Of a stretch of DNA of 64,000 nt, positions 36,401 through 50,345 are shown one piece after another. The stretch covers positions 124,001 through 188,000 of the forward strand of contig NW_002060957.1 in the NCBI RefSeq assembly GCF_000150275.1, given 5' to 3'. Source of the stretch: Trichoplax adhaerens. Lineage: Eukaryota > Animalia > Placozoa. The position numbers and the translations under genes were made by a program. The notes beneath the pieces are model-generated. The model had not been told where the DNA came from. It worked only from the letters and a program-made list of their open reading frames with translations, and searched no databases. Within the stretch, counting starts at the first letter, position 1. Each line of letters begins with the position of its first letter.

Positions 36401-39400
36401 TTCATTCTGATGAAGTACAACTAAAGTAAGAAGAATTCAATAACTACTGTATATAACTCTACAGACAGACTAGCAAGCAGTCATACTTACGAGTAGGTCA
36501 TCATATCTTCAATACACCACTCAATTCAGCCAACTAAAGTATAGTCGTAAACCATTACTTACGTTCAGTTATGCACTACTGTACTTGAAGAAATATTACC
36601 TTTTGATGGAAGCTTAGTGATCTTAACGGTACAATGCTTTAGTCATGATTTTGCTCGCTCTAATTTTGAACTTCAGCAAAGTGGCATGAAATGCCAGTGC
36701 TCTATGTGATTAATTACTTATACATCGGCATTGAAATGGAATCTTGTAACAGGAGTACTGTATAGTAGGATACCTTAGACAAAAGTTAATTTAGTGGAGG
36801 TAATCCAGTCTACGACTGAAAGTCGACAGATTTGGTCAACAACAACGTGTTATGATTTTAAAATCAACTTTTTCATTGTTATTGAAACAATTCTAGTTAA
36901 ACCCGTGGCCCGCTTACATACAGGAAAGAATTGACATCTTTGACCGAGTCAAGGCCGAATACGATGCGAAAATTGCAGGTAATACGATAGTAAAATTAGA
37001 TATTAACTATTATGTACAGTAATTTATCTTAGCCTGAAATACTAATACTGTATGCAAGCAAGAACTTCCACTCTAATGCTGGTGATAGTATTTTGCCTAC
37101 CTGACGCGTACATATATTACTGTTTAGACTCTACTGCACCTGTTGAATATACAAGTTGGTAGTAAAAGTTATCAATCACTTATTGATCTTGATAACATTA
37201 AAAGAACATTTGATAATCACATTACAATGTACAATTACATTCTTTTATCATTAATATAAAACCCACCTTGGGTTCCAAATATTCATGTAATTTTTCCATA
37301 TTGTGAATATCATAAACTAGCAAAAGAATCCCATCCTATTAAAATAACCCTTCCGGATGGTAAAGTCGTTGAAGGTGAATCATGGAAAACGACCTCTTAT
37401 AAAGTTGCAGCTTCAATCAGGTATATAAAGCGTGGTATACATAAATCCTATTCGTAATCGGCATTTTTTGTTCTTTAACGTAAAACAAAAATTGTTAACT
37501 ATAGCCTATTCTTGTCTTAACCAATTCTACTTTTATTATACTCTTTTGATAGCCAAGGACTTGCTGATAATTGCGTAGTGGCTAAGGTAATTACTATATT
37601 GTAACAATTAATACTAACTCAATCGGTAAATAATTTTACCTATTCTTTATTTTAATTACATTATCATTGTTGTCTTAAATTTTAGGTCAATGGCGTTATT
37701 AAAGACCTGGATGAAGCGTTAACTGAAGATTGTACTTTAGAATTACTAAAATTTGATAATGAAGAAGGTCAATGTGAAATTACGAAGCTACTTTTCTTTC
37801 GCATGATTTTTAATTTATATCTTTGTTCAACATCACTATATAATAGCTCAAAAAGTATACTGGCATTCCAGTGCGCATATCTTGGGTGAAGCTATGGAGA
37901 GATATTTTGGTGGATGTCTGTGCTATGGACCACCGATTGCTGAAGGATTCTACTACGATATGTTTATAGAAAAAAAGTATATAAACCTAGTTATCCTTTA
38001 GTTGATGGTAACACATTTCATGGTATCTTCATCAGCATGTACAACAACTAAACCTTTAAATGGTTAATTTCTAGTCAAGTATCCGGTAACGATTTCGAAA
38101 AATTAGACACTATCGTCAAAGCGATTTTGAAAGACAAGCAGCCATTCGTGAAGTTGGAAATGAAGAAAGAAGATTTACTTGAAATGTTCAAGGTAGAAAA
38201 CGATCTGAAACTGTATAAAATCAAATTGTCAATAGTGTAACATAGATTCAATGGACATGCATGAATATCTCTTTTTCTAGTATAATAAGTTCAAGGTCAG
38301 AATTCTAGAAGAAAGAGTAAAAACGCCAACCACCACTGTTTACAGGTAGCCAGACATATCTGTTGGAAATAATAAATGATGCATAGCTTAGAAATTACTA
38401 CTAATACCCTAATAAATTGAATTCTTTCTTCAGGTGCGGTCCATTAATCGATTTATGTCGTGGCCCTCATGTAAGGCACACCGGTAAAATTAAAGCCATG
38501 ACATTGACTAAGGTACATTGTGACTGGAGTATAACATATTCATAGCAGATGTGTTTTTCATAAATGTAAACTAGCCGTCTTTATTCACATAGAATTCTTC
38601 CAGTTATTGGGAAGGTAATTGCGAAGCTGAAAGCCTGCAAAGAGTCTACGGAATATCATTTCCAGATAGCAAGCAAGTACGTATTTAAAAAATTTGAAAA
38701 GTATCATAATTGATTGATATTGTTATAATAAACAATTATATTGTTGTTGTATTACAATTCTAAAATTTTTAAATTCGTATGTATCTATGTCTACAGATGA
38801 AAGAATGGAAAAAATTTCAGGAAGAAGCCGCAAAACGAGACCATCGAAAAATTGGCAGGGTGTGTATACTCAGCCACCAAAAATATTATCAAAACTCTTT
38901 ACACGTTAAACTTGTAATAATTTATGGTTAGCATTTATTGAAGGTATCTTGGGCTATTATTTTTAACTGACTAGGATCAAGAATTATTCTTCTTTAGTGA
39001 ACTTTCGCCTGGTAGCTGCTTCTTCTTACCCCGTGGTGCTCATATATATGGAATTTTAATGCAATTAATGAGGGTAAAAACCCTTATTAATTATTTAGCA
39101 ATGTTGCTAAAGTTGTTAATAGTAATAGCTATATACTATATTCTAGGATCAGTACCGCAAAAGAGGATTTCACGAAGTTTTATCTCCAAATATTTATAGC
39201 AGTAAATTATGGATGACATCGGGACACTGGCAACATTACAAAGTCAGTAAAGAGTTGCAAATCGACCTTCTAGACTAACCCATCAATAATGCTATATCTA
39301 CAGCCTAGCATTGTTAACTTGTATTCGTGTAATCTTAGGATGACATGTTTACCTTTGACGTTGAAAAAGACCAATTTGGCTTAAAGCCAATGAACTGCCC

Positions 39401-40931
39401 TGGCCATTGGTATGGAATGATGTTATCATATGAAATTAAATTTACAAAAAAATTAGCCAGCAAATTTATATCTAATTATATAATTATCAACACGTCTTAG
39501 TGTTATGTTCTCACATCGACCAAGATCTTGGCGCGAGCTACCTCTTCGCTATGCTGAATTTGGTGTCCTTCATCGTAATGAACTCTCTGGTACTTTGTCA
39601 GGATTGACAAGAGTTAGACGTTTTCAACAAGATGATGCTCATATTTTCTGTCGTGATGATCAAGTAAGAAATTTTTAATCTATATAATACTGGTAATTCC
39701 TGTTAATATTTTAAACGAAAAGAAGTTAATTTCCTGCAATAAATTGCTCATTTCTATACCAGGTGAAAGATGAGATTAAGGGCTGCCTAGATTTCTTAAA
39801 GTACATCTACGACACGCTTGGTTTCCAATTGAAACTTTTCTTGTCGACCCGACCTGATGAATTTATGGGTGAAATCGCAACTTGGGATAGAGCAGAGCAA
39901 CAACTTCGAGAAAGTTTAGATGAATTTGGCTTAAAGTGGGGTTTAAAAGAGAAGGATGGTGCATTTTATGGTCCTAAGGTATATGAACTCAACAGTAAAG
40001 TTATAAGAGATTATAATCCTCCGGGTATAGTCTAATGCTCACTTCTTGGCATGTTGCTGTGCGTAATTGCAATATTTATGATATATAGATCGATATTCAA
40101 GTCTTGGATGCACTACGTAGACCTCATCAATGTGCTACGATTCAGCTTGACTTTCAGTTGCCGACACGATTTAATCTGACCTATGTTGGGTAATACTTTG
40201 TAACTGATTTTTGGATGTTGAATACATACTTTCTTAAATTGATTGAACAATATTCTTCTGGTTTTCTAAATTTTAGCTATCATAAATTGTTTCATTACTG
40301 ATTACAGGAAGAATGGCGACGATACATTGCGACCCGTTATCATACACAGAGCTATCTTAGGGTCAGTCGAACGAATGATAGCTGTTCTATGTGAGAATTT
40401 CGCTGGTAAATGGCCGTTTTGGCTTTCACCAAGGCAAGCTATGGTCATTCCTGTGGCTGCGAAGTTCGACGAATACGCACTTCAAGTACATCAAATTAAA
40501 TATTTAATTTGCAACACCATGCCAATCAGTACAGCATCACTGTCTTGCTATTGGCAAAAACCAAAAACTATATATCGGGTTAATTGTTTATAATATTTTA
40601 CAGGTTCGTGATCAGTTACACAGTGCCGGTTTTTATGTTGATGTGGATTTGGCACCTGGTGATACTATGAATAAGAAAGTTAGGAATGCTCAATTAGCTC
40701 AATACAATTTCAGCATGGGTTAGTACTGATGATGCTATTAAAACCTAGATCTTCCATTATCTGATAAAATTGCACAAAATTTTCGTAGTTGTAGGACAGA
40801 AGGAGTGCGAAAATAAAAGCGTCAACGTGCGCTCCAGAAATAACCAAGTTTATGGCGAACAAACAATTGTTAAAGTTATTGAACGATTTGAAGAACTCAA
40901 TAAGTCAAAAGCTGATGAAGATAATTTTTAA
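33411..40931 (+). CDS. TARS1: Threonyl-tRNA synthetase, cytosolic type, multi-exon; exon 1 33411-33446, exon 2 from 36897
   Basis: [12 protein letters not shown]|[14 protein letters not shown] domain [10 protein letters not shown], editing motif [106 protein letters not shown] and an anticodon domain. Stop TAA at 40929-40931. Confidence 0.97.
33648..36540. repeat. 278-bp tandem satellite (>=11 copies) in TARS intron 1
   Basis: AAGTCAAGAAAAGTAGTC at 33701, 33927, 34206, 34484, [gap], 34888, 35166, 35444, 35722, 36000, with degenerate copies to ~36540. Confidence 0.96.
34649..34698. other. Assembly gap (50 N) inside the satellite
   Basis: Run of N flanked by the same repeat on both sides; true copy number is unknown. 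Confidence 0.99.
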
Positions 40932-41220
40932 TAATGAAATCATTTTAACAATATATTACACACATATCAATTTTAGTCGTAATTTACTAGTTTTTTTTCG
41001 TAAAAATACTTGATTAATAGTTGATAAGATGAAAATGACATGTAAAGTTGTTTGTCTTGCTATAACATTAAATAAAAGTCGATAAACACAAAGATGCTGT
41101 ATCCATCATTACGAATAACTCGTCCGCCAATGATGCTTGATTTGAAGTTTTTTTCTTGTTTCTTTTTAACGGAAAATTGTTAATATTTTAGAATGGATTA
41201 GAGTACTGATTGAATGCTTA

Positions 41221-43672
41221 TTATGAATTATTCTTCGAAAATATAATTTTATTCAGTATCGACATGTTGATATTGCCGCCACATGCAATTATTACTACTT
41301 TCATTTTATCCAACGCTCTTTCATTTTACAATAAGCGGCAATAGGAACGCCTGCAGAGCCTTCAATAATCTAAAGAATATAAATGGCACTTATAAATGAG
41401 TTCAAAGTCAAAGCATAGACAGTCTTAGGAATGTCAGTACCTTATGATGTTGTTCCATCATAAAATATATAGCATCAGCAATTTCTTCTTCAGTCACCAA
41501 CACCCATTCATCAATATATTTTCTACATATCTCAAAAGTAACCTATATAAAAATTTTATATGGCTCATAAAACAGCAGCTGAAAAGAACTCAGTTACGAT
41601 CATCGTAAAGTTTGACTGCAAATCGATTTGTGTAATACAATCCTGGAAAAAGCTATAATTACAACTTCAAGAAAATTTAGCTCACCGCTTCTTCTTCAAT
41701 AGAGCCAGCAGATCCATCGGATAATGTTTCTTTATTCTCAATATCTATGACTTTCCCAGCTCGGATCGAATGGTACATAGCGGCAGAATTTGCTGGAGAA
41801 CAACCAATAATCTGCAAAATTTAATGCAACAAGTCCTCATAGATGCCTATCATACATATCTTTTAATAATTAGTTTTACTTTAATCGTAGATTACTCTAC
41901 GTTTTATGCAATATTCAACCCTTTTCAATAATAGCAACCTTTATAGAAGGCTTAGCTGCTTTTAAATAAGCAGAAATACCTCCCAGCATTCCACCACCTC
42001 CAACACAACCCATAACAACATCCACTTCCGGTAGCTGCTTAAGAATTTCCACTCTATAATAAATGATGTCTATTACTTACTCATTATTTTAATATTGATA
42101 TGCGTATACTGAAGCATATAGATATTATAAATAAATTATAATTTATTCATTACCCTATCGTTCCTTGACCTGCTACTATTTCTAAATCATTATAAGGCGA
42201 AATATAGATCGAATTATTATCCAATGCCTCTTGACGTGCCCGTTTCTCTGTCTCAAAACAGTCATCACCGTAATGGTGAACAGATCCTCCCATCAAATTG
42301 ATCATTCTCAATTTTGCTTGGCTAGCATTATTTGGTACGAAAATCTTGCCAGATATCTGCGTTGTCTTCATAGCTATAGTCTAAGGAGTTATTAGTAATA
42401 ATTTATTAATTCACTAATTATTCCATAATTAGCAAATGTTCATCGAGTTTAAAATCTCTAAAATTGATACACCATTGGATCGGATGAATTAAAAAGTCTG
42501 CTGTAACAGAGTGCATGCTTTAGTTTCAAGGAACTAAAAGTTTTTTCCATTAATGGTGTAAAAATATTCATAATTTAAGATCATTCAGGAAATAATATAA
42601 TTTAAATTGTCATTTAAGTTCTCATTATTAGTTGTGAAGTCGTCATTTGAAGGTATTATCTATCTGATCAAATTTGAATATACTTACACATGCCATCGCA
42701 TGATTTCCGGTCGAAGCAGTAACAACTTGTACTTGCTGTCCAGAAGCAGCTGCTCGCTCTTTTAGAAGCATACATTTATTGAACGCTCCGCGGATTTTAA
42801 AAGCACCAGTTAGTTGTTCACTTTCTAAGAATGAACAGTGGCAGTTGTATGAAATCATTCTGTTTAAAGTGACAATTCTATGCAACTTAAACATGTTTAC
42901 GTATAAAAGCTATGTGAATTTAGACATGGAGATCATTTGAAATGATTGTAGAACAATTTGATAGCAGCAAAGAATTATCCTTGGCCATGAATCAAAAGTA
43001 TAAAATATCTAATGTATTTAATGCGGATACTACTATTAAATTACAATTTCTAAACTTGAATGACTCCATCTTGAGATATTTTTATTGCAGGAGTAAGAGG
43101 TATATTGACCTTAACAGCTTTAGACAACAAACTCCTTTTGGTTATACAAGTATCTTAATGGTAGATTTTTAAAAATGATCACGCCCTCTATTAACAAGAA
43201 ATGCTGATATAAAACAAATGTACAGTATTCTACAAGATGCAAGATATAGGCGTACATTAACAGCCTTTCTTTTTGTAATCTCGCCTTAATAGCAGAGATT
43301 GCACATTCATACTTTATCAAGCCATGCATAAAATCCTGTTATAGGCTGTCATCATTTATCAATATTAATCATGTAGCTACTGCTAAACCATAATATACTC
43401 AGTTATACCGCTATGTATGAATATCCAGTGGTCTATAAGTTGTGGGAGCATATGCAAAATCGGATACTAATGCTATCCAGTATGTATCAACTTGAACATT
43501 AAGAGATGATTATATAAATAAGATCAACATTAGTACCTAATTTAATGAATACTTGGCCAGAAGTGCCTTCTGTTAACGGATACGATCGCTCTAATGGAGT
43601 ACAACGTATAAACTCTTTAATTCTTTCGTAAGCCTGACAAATTTGCTCATATAGAAGGTGATGATCAGCCAT
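41221..43672 (-). CDS. PLP-dependent fold-type II serine/threonine dehydratase-racemase family enzyme, 7 exons, apparent frameshift in last exon
   Basis: IRCTPLERS, KLESEQLTGAFKIRGA (PLP lysine), VTASTGNH, YISPYNDLEIVAGQGTIG, VGGGGMLGG, TLSDGSAG, IIEGSAGV; KVVIIACGGNI lies in a shifted frame. Confidence 0.9.
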
Positions 43673-44779
43673 TCTTTGCAATTATGAGTCTGCAAAGCTA
43701 GAGATACGAAGGTCTTCTGGGCATCCAACCAACTATTGTGGTAGGGGTTTTGCCTAAAGAAAAGCTGCGAGTATCGGATATGCGGACCATGGGACGCATT
43801 GTTTGGAGTCGGAGCGACTACTATTTACTGCTAGTTTTATAAACAGTATTTATTGACGTTGCGATTAAACCTGTTTGGATCGGAAACATTACAACTAGAG
43901 ATCGTTTGTAATTAATTTAGCGTATTTATGGGTACTGTAATTGCCTGCTGCATCGAGTATTAGCCGTATAGAATCAATCTTTCTAGCTAAATAAGCGTAC
44001 GCTGAAGATGTTAGAACTATGCAAGTGAACATGCACACTACGCAGATATGCAGTAACTAAGAAGATACGGAGAAATTGTTATTTATTTATTTAAAGTTTC
44101 TTATCAGATACAACACAAAAATAGCCATAGATATAATGCAACTTTGTAGAAAAGCGATATAGCATTCTATGGTATTGGTAGATATAATACGTGTTATTTT
44201 TTTTTTATTTTTGAATAAATTGAGCGCTATGCGCATCATTCTCTCCAGAATAAACTATTTTATGGAAGTTTAGAAAGTAATCGTTATGTTATTCGAATGC
44301 AATTCTTAGTAATATAATCTATAGGGTAAAACAAAATAAGTTTAGCTCAAATACATTGTAATAAGAAGCATCATTGCTCACTATACAAATGCACAATTGC
44401 ACAACACTTAAAACGATGCATGAGTACATCCTTACATATATATCACGTATCGGCTTTCAGCTCATAAAATAATTTTCATAATCATTTTAAAATTTTCTAT
44501 ATAACAATCATTTTTTAATCATCTCAGAAACCTTGTATAACCTAATAAATGAAAGTTAGACTATGATGACCTTTTTTAAGTTGAAATGGTGTAAAATTAA
44601 GAATGCTCTGCATTTAATTTGCAGTTCTGTCTGTGCTGAAGCACAACCTTTAGCTAGAAAAATCTTGATTCGTTTATTGCAACTTCTGCTTTAATTACTG
44701 AACATCTAGTAATGTTAACCTTATGTCTGGCACTACTATAAAATTCTTGTCATAGAATTAAAACGGTGATAAGCTTTGC

Positions 44780-47700
44780 CTAAAAGACGAGTGGTCTCGC
44801 TTCTTCTAAGAGATCATCATTTATCATAATTGGATCGTTAATGCCGGCCGATCGCGGATTCGTACGAACATTGTCTCCATCATCGTAGGCTATCAAATCT
44901 GCAGAGAATTGCATAAGGAATGAGTTTTTAATTTAAAATGAATGACTTATAGATATATATATTATCCTTTGACTAACCGTCAGTAGTTGAAGGCATCTTG
45001 GTGTACATCATAGTACATAAGCATAAAAAGGCAACAGCTGCTGCTCCTCCAGGAACATAAGTGAGCACACTTCGATAATAGGCCGCCGAATTAGCACAGT
45101 TATCTCTAAGCAAGGTATAAGAAAACATTTGTTTTAAGAAATTTTTCAGCTACGCATATACAGCATCATCACTAAATATAAGCCTTACTTTGCAAACATG
45201 TGAGCACAAGGGTGTATTGATTGTATGATTATTACTGCAATGCCATTAGATAATTTATCGGTAAAACTCATGGCACCATAAACGAATGCACCACTTTCCT
45301 ATAGCCAAACAGGCAATGTTTAAATAAATAAATCGTTTATTTTGTTCGAATCAGTACTGATGAATGGTATCAAAAAAAACTAAAATACTCACGACATTTT
45401 TGGAAATTAAATCTGCTGTCATGGACAACACGGTAACCAAAAGTGACGTGCCGCCAACGCCTAACATTGTCGCTCCTGCGTACACAACGTAAGCATGGGA
45501 TGCTGGTAGTAGATAAATACAGCAACTACAAGAGATTATATAGTATATGAATCGAATAAAAGGTAAAATGATCGTGCTAATTCAAATAAAACATTTCTTG
45601 AATCCCCAAAACTTACCAGAAGCCGCCACACATCACCAAAGCTAAGAAAAATGTAATTTTGCGACCGAGATGGTAGTTGATAGGTTTCAATACTAAGCTG
45701 ACAAGAAAACCGCTGACGTAGACTGTGAGTGGTACTAAAGCGATATGCATCTATAAGAAATTTATATTTGAGAGAATGAAAGTTAGAAGCAGGAGCTAGA
45801 ATAAAATAGCATAAACATAGTAAATTTTTAGTATCAATCAGAGAAAGCAGTTATACTAAAATACTATTTACCTTATGTAAATGAAGAGTTTTTATGACAT
45901 AAAGTGGAATATATACTTGAGTTATGTTGACAATTAAACGGCTACACATATATAGTACGGCAACCTAAATAATAATGAATAGAACTTTTAGCTCTTAGTT
46001 TTACATTACAACGATGCTAAAACAAGAATAACATGATTTTAGTTTTGATGATATTACTAATGATAGCTATTTAAAGATGTACTATAACAATTTAAAGCAT
46101 CATTATCCAAAAAAATTAAAAACAGATAAGCAGTTTTAAATTCTATTTTAATAGCTTAATTATCAATTATAGCTAGCATATGATACGTAGAACTTGTATA
46201 ACATTCTAATTATTCGCTACTACTATATACCGTAGTTAGCTTACCCGGTAGAATAATGAAGATTTCAACCAATCTATCCAGGTCTTTTTCTTATACCGTT
46301 CTTGCGTAGTTCGGCAATTGATTTCATGTTGACGCTTTTCTTTAGTGCCAACATGAAAGATAATAGCGGCTATTAAACCGATACCAAGGACTGACCCTAC
46401 CAAGTACTACAGATGAAAAGACGTCAAAATTAAGGAAGGAACATATTAATCAAATCCAAAAATAACGATAATTAGGATTATTGAATTGTAATTGATTGGC
46501 AATAGATATTGCCCGCAGGAGACAGCTACTGATAAATGAAACAAAAATACAATGAAGTTTTTAAGTATTGTATTGTGCAATTAATAGACATTAAATAAGG
46601 TGTATACTACTTTTAAACGCTTATTACCTACAGAGATTGTCAGAGTTGGTATCCTGTAGCAAATTTAACTATACCTTAAAAATTACATAGCCATATAGAA
46701 TATGTCATTTCTGCTGGTCACGACAATAGTTACTCTTTATGACAAATGAAATATATTAACTAATAGTATTATGCTATTTTGATGTTTAACTGTACCAATG
46801 ATGAATTTTGTAACTATTGATCTAATACATGACCCTCTTACTTGTAATCTAATCACAAAAGATAGGTAAAACAATTCTATTTTTAGAAATCTAATGATTC
46901 ATCTAGTTATGAATTTGCTGTTGTGCGTATAAATCGGTTGAATTATAATATGATATTTTTCCGTTTCACTAAATTATGCAAGTCCCGTATAAAAATGGGG
47001 ATCGCCTCTATGCTTAAAATGAAACTATAGCCACCTTACCGAGAAGTTTGCAGCATCAGCTGGAGAGATTGTAGACCGATATTTGCCGCCATGGAATCTC
47101 AGCAGCATGAAAGCAACAAGATAGACGTAGATGTTGGAGATTACAGTAAAAGCATACCTGCATTACAATTAAAGTATATAACGAAAAAATAAGCATCTCG
47201 ACATGAAACGTATATCTTACAAGATTGGTAGATTGATTACGGTGGGAAGATTGAATCTCAATCAAGAAGGAACAGAACGTTCAGTTAGCAGCTCATTCAT
47301 ACCGTTAATAAGGTTAGTTTGAAGCAACTCTTTTTAAAGTACAGAATTCGAAGTCACTACAAACTGTTACAAAGTTGAATATTTTACAACAATTTTCCTC
47401 TAACAAATGGATGTAGCAAGATACGTGCTGACATGAAAATGGCGTACAAGATGACTAACATATAAAACCAAGTATTGAACAAATATTGACATCTACTGTC
47501 TAGTATTGAATATTATTCCACCAATGTACTTTTGTAGATAGGTAAAGGTTACTAGTCTCCATGCATAAGAGTACGTGGATTTTACTTGATCCTTTGAATC
47601 TTCTATTTAGTAACGTATAGCAATAAAAGTTTTTTACACTATCTTTTAGCTTAATAGGGTGATTCCTAGCATTAGATATCTACTGTAAATAATTCAAGAT

Positions 47701-48240
47701 CCATTTTCAAATAGCACTATTTTTATCTTACCTTATTGCATTGAGGCCGACTCTCTCATTTTCATCATCAGTTAATTCGGGAATTAGAGAGAGATGAGAT
47801 ATCTGTGTCGCTGCCCAACCAAATTGAAAGAGGATAACAAATGGTGTATAATAGATTAATAGCGGCCATGCTGTTACCGCAGAACAGACAAAACACTTGT
47901 TGAAAACGAAAGCATAAGAAACTATGACACAGCAAACGCCAAGTAGATGCCAACTCTTACGTCTACCATAATAACATTTATCTGCAGTTCTATCCGATTC
48001 GTAGCCAATAATAGGTGTACAAATTCCATCAGCAACTTGTCCAATGAGCATTAATATACCAGCATGTATATGAGAAAAACCGATGACAGAATGCATATAT
48101 ACTAGCAAATAGGAAAACCACATAGAGGCACATAAATCATTTAAGACATGGCCCACTCCAAAGGAGAAACGTTGACGGCAGTCTAATTTACTTTGATATG
48201 AATTTTTGGATCTAATTTTACCTTCATTTATCGTCGCCAT
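44780..48240 (-). CDS. MFSD12: MFS transporter MFSD12-like (lysosomal/melanosomal cysteine importer family), multi-exon
   Basis: [114 protein letters not shown]-terminus ends EEARPLVF* (TAG 44780-44782). Confidence 0.93.
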
Positions 48241-49499
48241 AGTAAATAATTGTTCAGCTTATAGTATGGCTAATAACGGCGATAAGGCGATAATGGCTTG
48301 AGATGATGTGAATCGATTGCCGTAGAGGTTAAAATCTTGTAATAATGAACCAGATTGCACGTTGATAAAAATTCGGTAGCCCAGCTAATCAAGTCCAAAA
48401 TTGGGTGATGGAGTTGAGAGTACAGTGCATCAACTTAGTCGTACGCAGGTATTAGAAATAGAGCAAGACAAATACAGTGGTGATAAAATTGATTTCTAGT
48501 CAAAACAATACTGTCGAGAATTGGTAGTTCCCTGTAAAAATAATTTTTTCGGAAATCTCTTTCGATCAATATAAACAGTAGGAATATCAACAGAATTGGT
48601 AATGATAAAACAATACAGACTTTAATGAAGCATTTAGTGCTGATTGAATACTAAAATACGCCACAGTTATAATATAGGGAAATTGTTAAATTTCCCTGTA
48701 CAAATGATTTAATTTTAGCAGCCTTCAAGACGCAGTAGACTACTAGAGTATATTACACTTGATAGTCGAGAAAAATTGTCTACAAGTTAGAAAGGCACGC
48801 ACACACCGCAGGACTTTACACAGTATAAAGTTGACTTGTAAGCATCGGATTTGACTACAATGGAGTGATCAACGGCCACTTCAAATCCAATCAATGTTCC
48901 GTGTAAGGATTGAGGCGAATTCGTTTTTGATGATAGTTTTTTCAATCAGTACTGTCTGTAGTCGTATAAAATACTCTCTTTATATCATCATTCTCTATGG
49001 AGCTTTTCTTAATAGTTACTAACAGTTCAGTTTCATGAAAGATTAGTTTATAGAAAGGCAATCCACGTACAATCGGAAGTGGGTGGATCAGTGTACTAAT
49101 ACCTTATTAAGGATAACTACAGTAAAAGATAACTGTCATGGAAAGAATTTAGACCTAATACAGAATAATCACTGTACAAATTGGGGGAAAAATAATCTAC
49201 ATAAACGGAAGGCGTCAACTTGTCAACTTGATCCCCGTCTACAAATTAGAATCATTTAGAATCCAAATTGCTGTCAATCGGAAGGTCGCTTTGGCAATTG
49301 TCGTCAGTTCAACTTGTGCTTCTATCCAATAAATAGACACGAGAATAAGATTTCAACGTTCAAATTGCCTTAATCCAGCCCTTCCTAAGCGTCTTCTTGT
49401 GTTAAGAGATGGAAATCATTGAACCTTTCCTATGTCATAAAAGAATTTGGCCCAAAATTGAAAGGAAGAAATTGCTCTCTGCCGGCTACTGAGTGCCCA

Positions 49500-49513
49500 G
49501 TTGCCATAGTAAT
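49500..49513. promoter_or_regulatory. RFX X-box-like motif upstream of MFSD12
   Basis: GTTGCCATAGTAAT is one base from the X-box consensus GTNRCC-N-RGYAAC and lies in a GC-richer promoter-like patch. Confidence 0.35.
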
Positions 49514-50345
49514 TTCAACCAGTCCCGTACCGGTACAGGTCTACTATTATTTTAGACGAGTAACACCAGTACCGGTAGCACATATTACAAGGCTATGGGC
49601 TGGACCGATGGAGTGACCCAATGGGCAATGTCCCTTTTGTGATGCAATCGCCTTGACGGTGCGGTCCGGTCCGGTACGCTTGTACGGTACAGTACAGTAC
49701 TGTACACTTGGCGGGTATTGTACGGAAACAAAGCCCAGGTATAATGCAGAGTGTCACCTGCACCTACTGTCACTCCACATGAAGGTCACGAGCAGTGTTG
49801 TGTTGTTCGTCCAGATCGTGGTCACGAGTTGACATGACTAGACGTCATCTCACTTGCAGTTGTAGCGCTAGGTCGATACAACCTTGGTGCGAGCGTGAAT
49901 CAATGACTTTCCATGCGCAGAACTCATATAGATCGTAAAGGCAGCGAACCGAACCGAACCGATCTTAGGTCTAGGTGGAAGGGAATGCTTTGCTAGCGTT
50001 CATAACTAGACGTTAGTTGAAGCATGGACTCCTAGACTTCTAGCAGTCCATGATTTAAGCCAAATTGCAGACAAACTTTTCATGTCGGCCGCACAATTAT
50101 TCGTCAACTTATACAGTACAGTGCTATACTCACGCAAGTTGATATCAAGCCATTCTACTGTCATACCAGGAACTTCTCTAAGACGGATCAAACAGTAATA
50201 TCCGACTCCTGCAATACAGATCACTGTAGCTACATGTTTGTAGAACATGAAGTACGGTATTTTGATATACCATATATCAGTCTTGGAGGATCAACAGTAT
50301 ATTCTTGACGATTTCCATCCATTTTATAGCTACTAAACCGTATCG

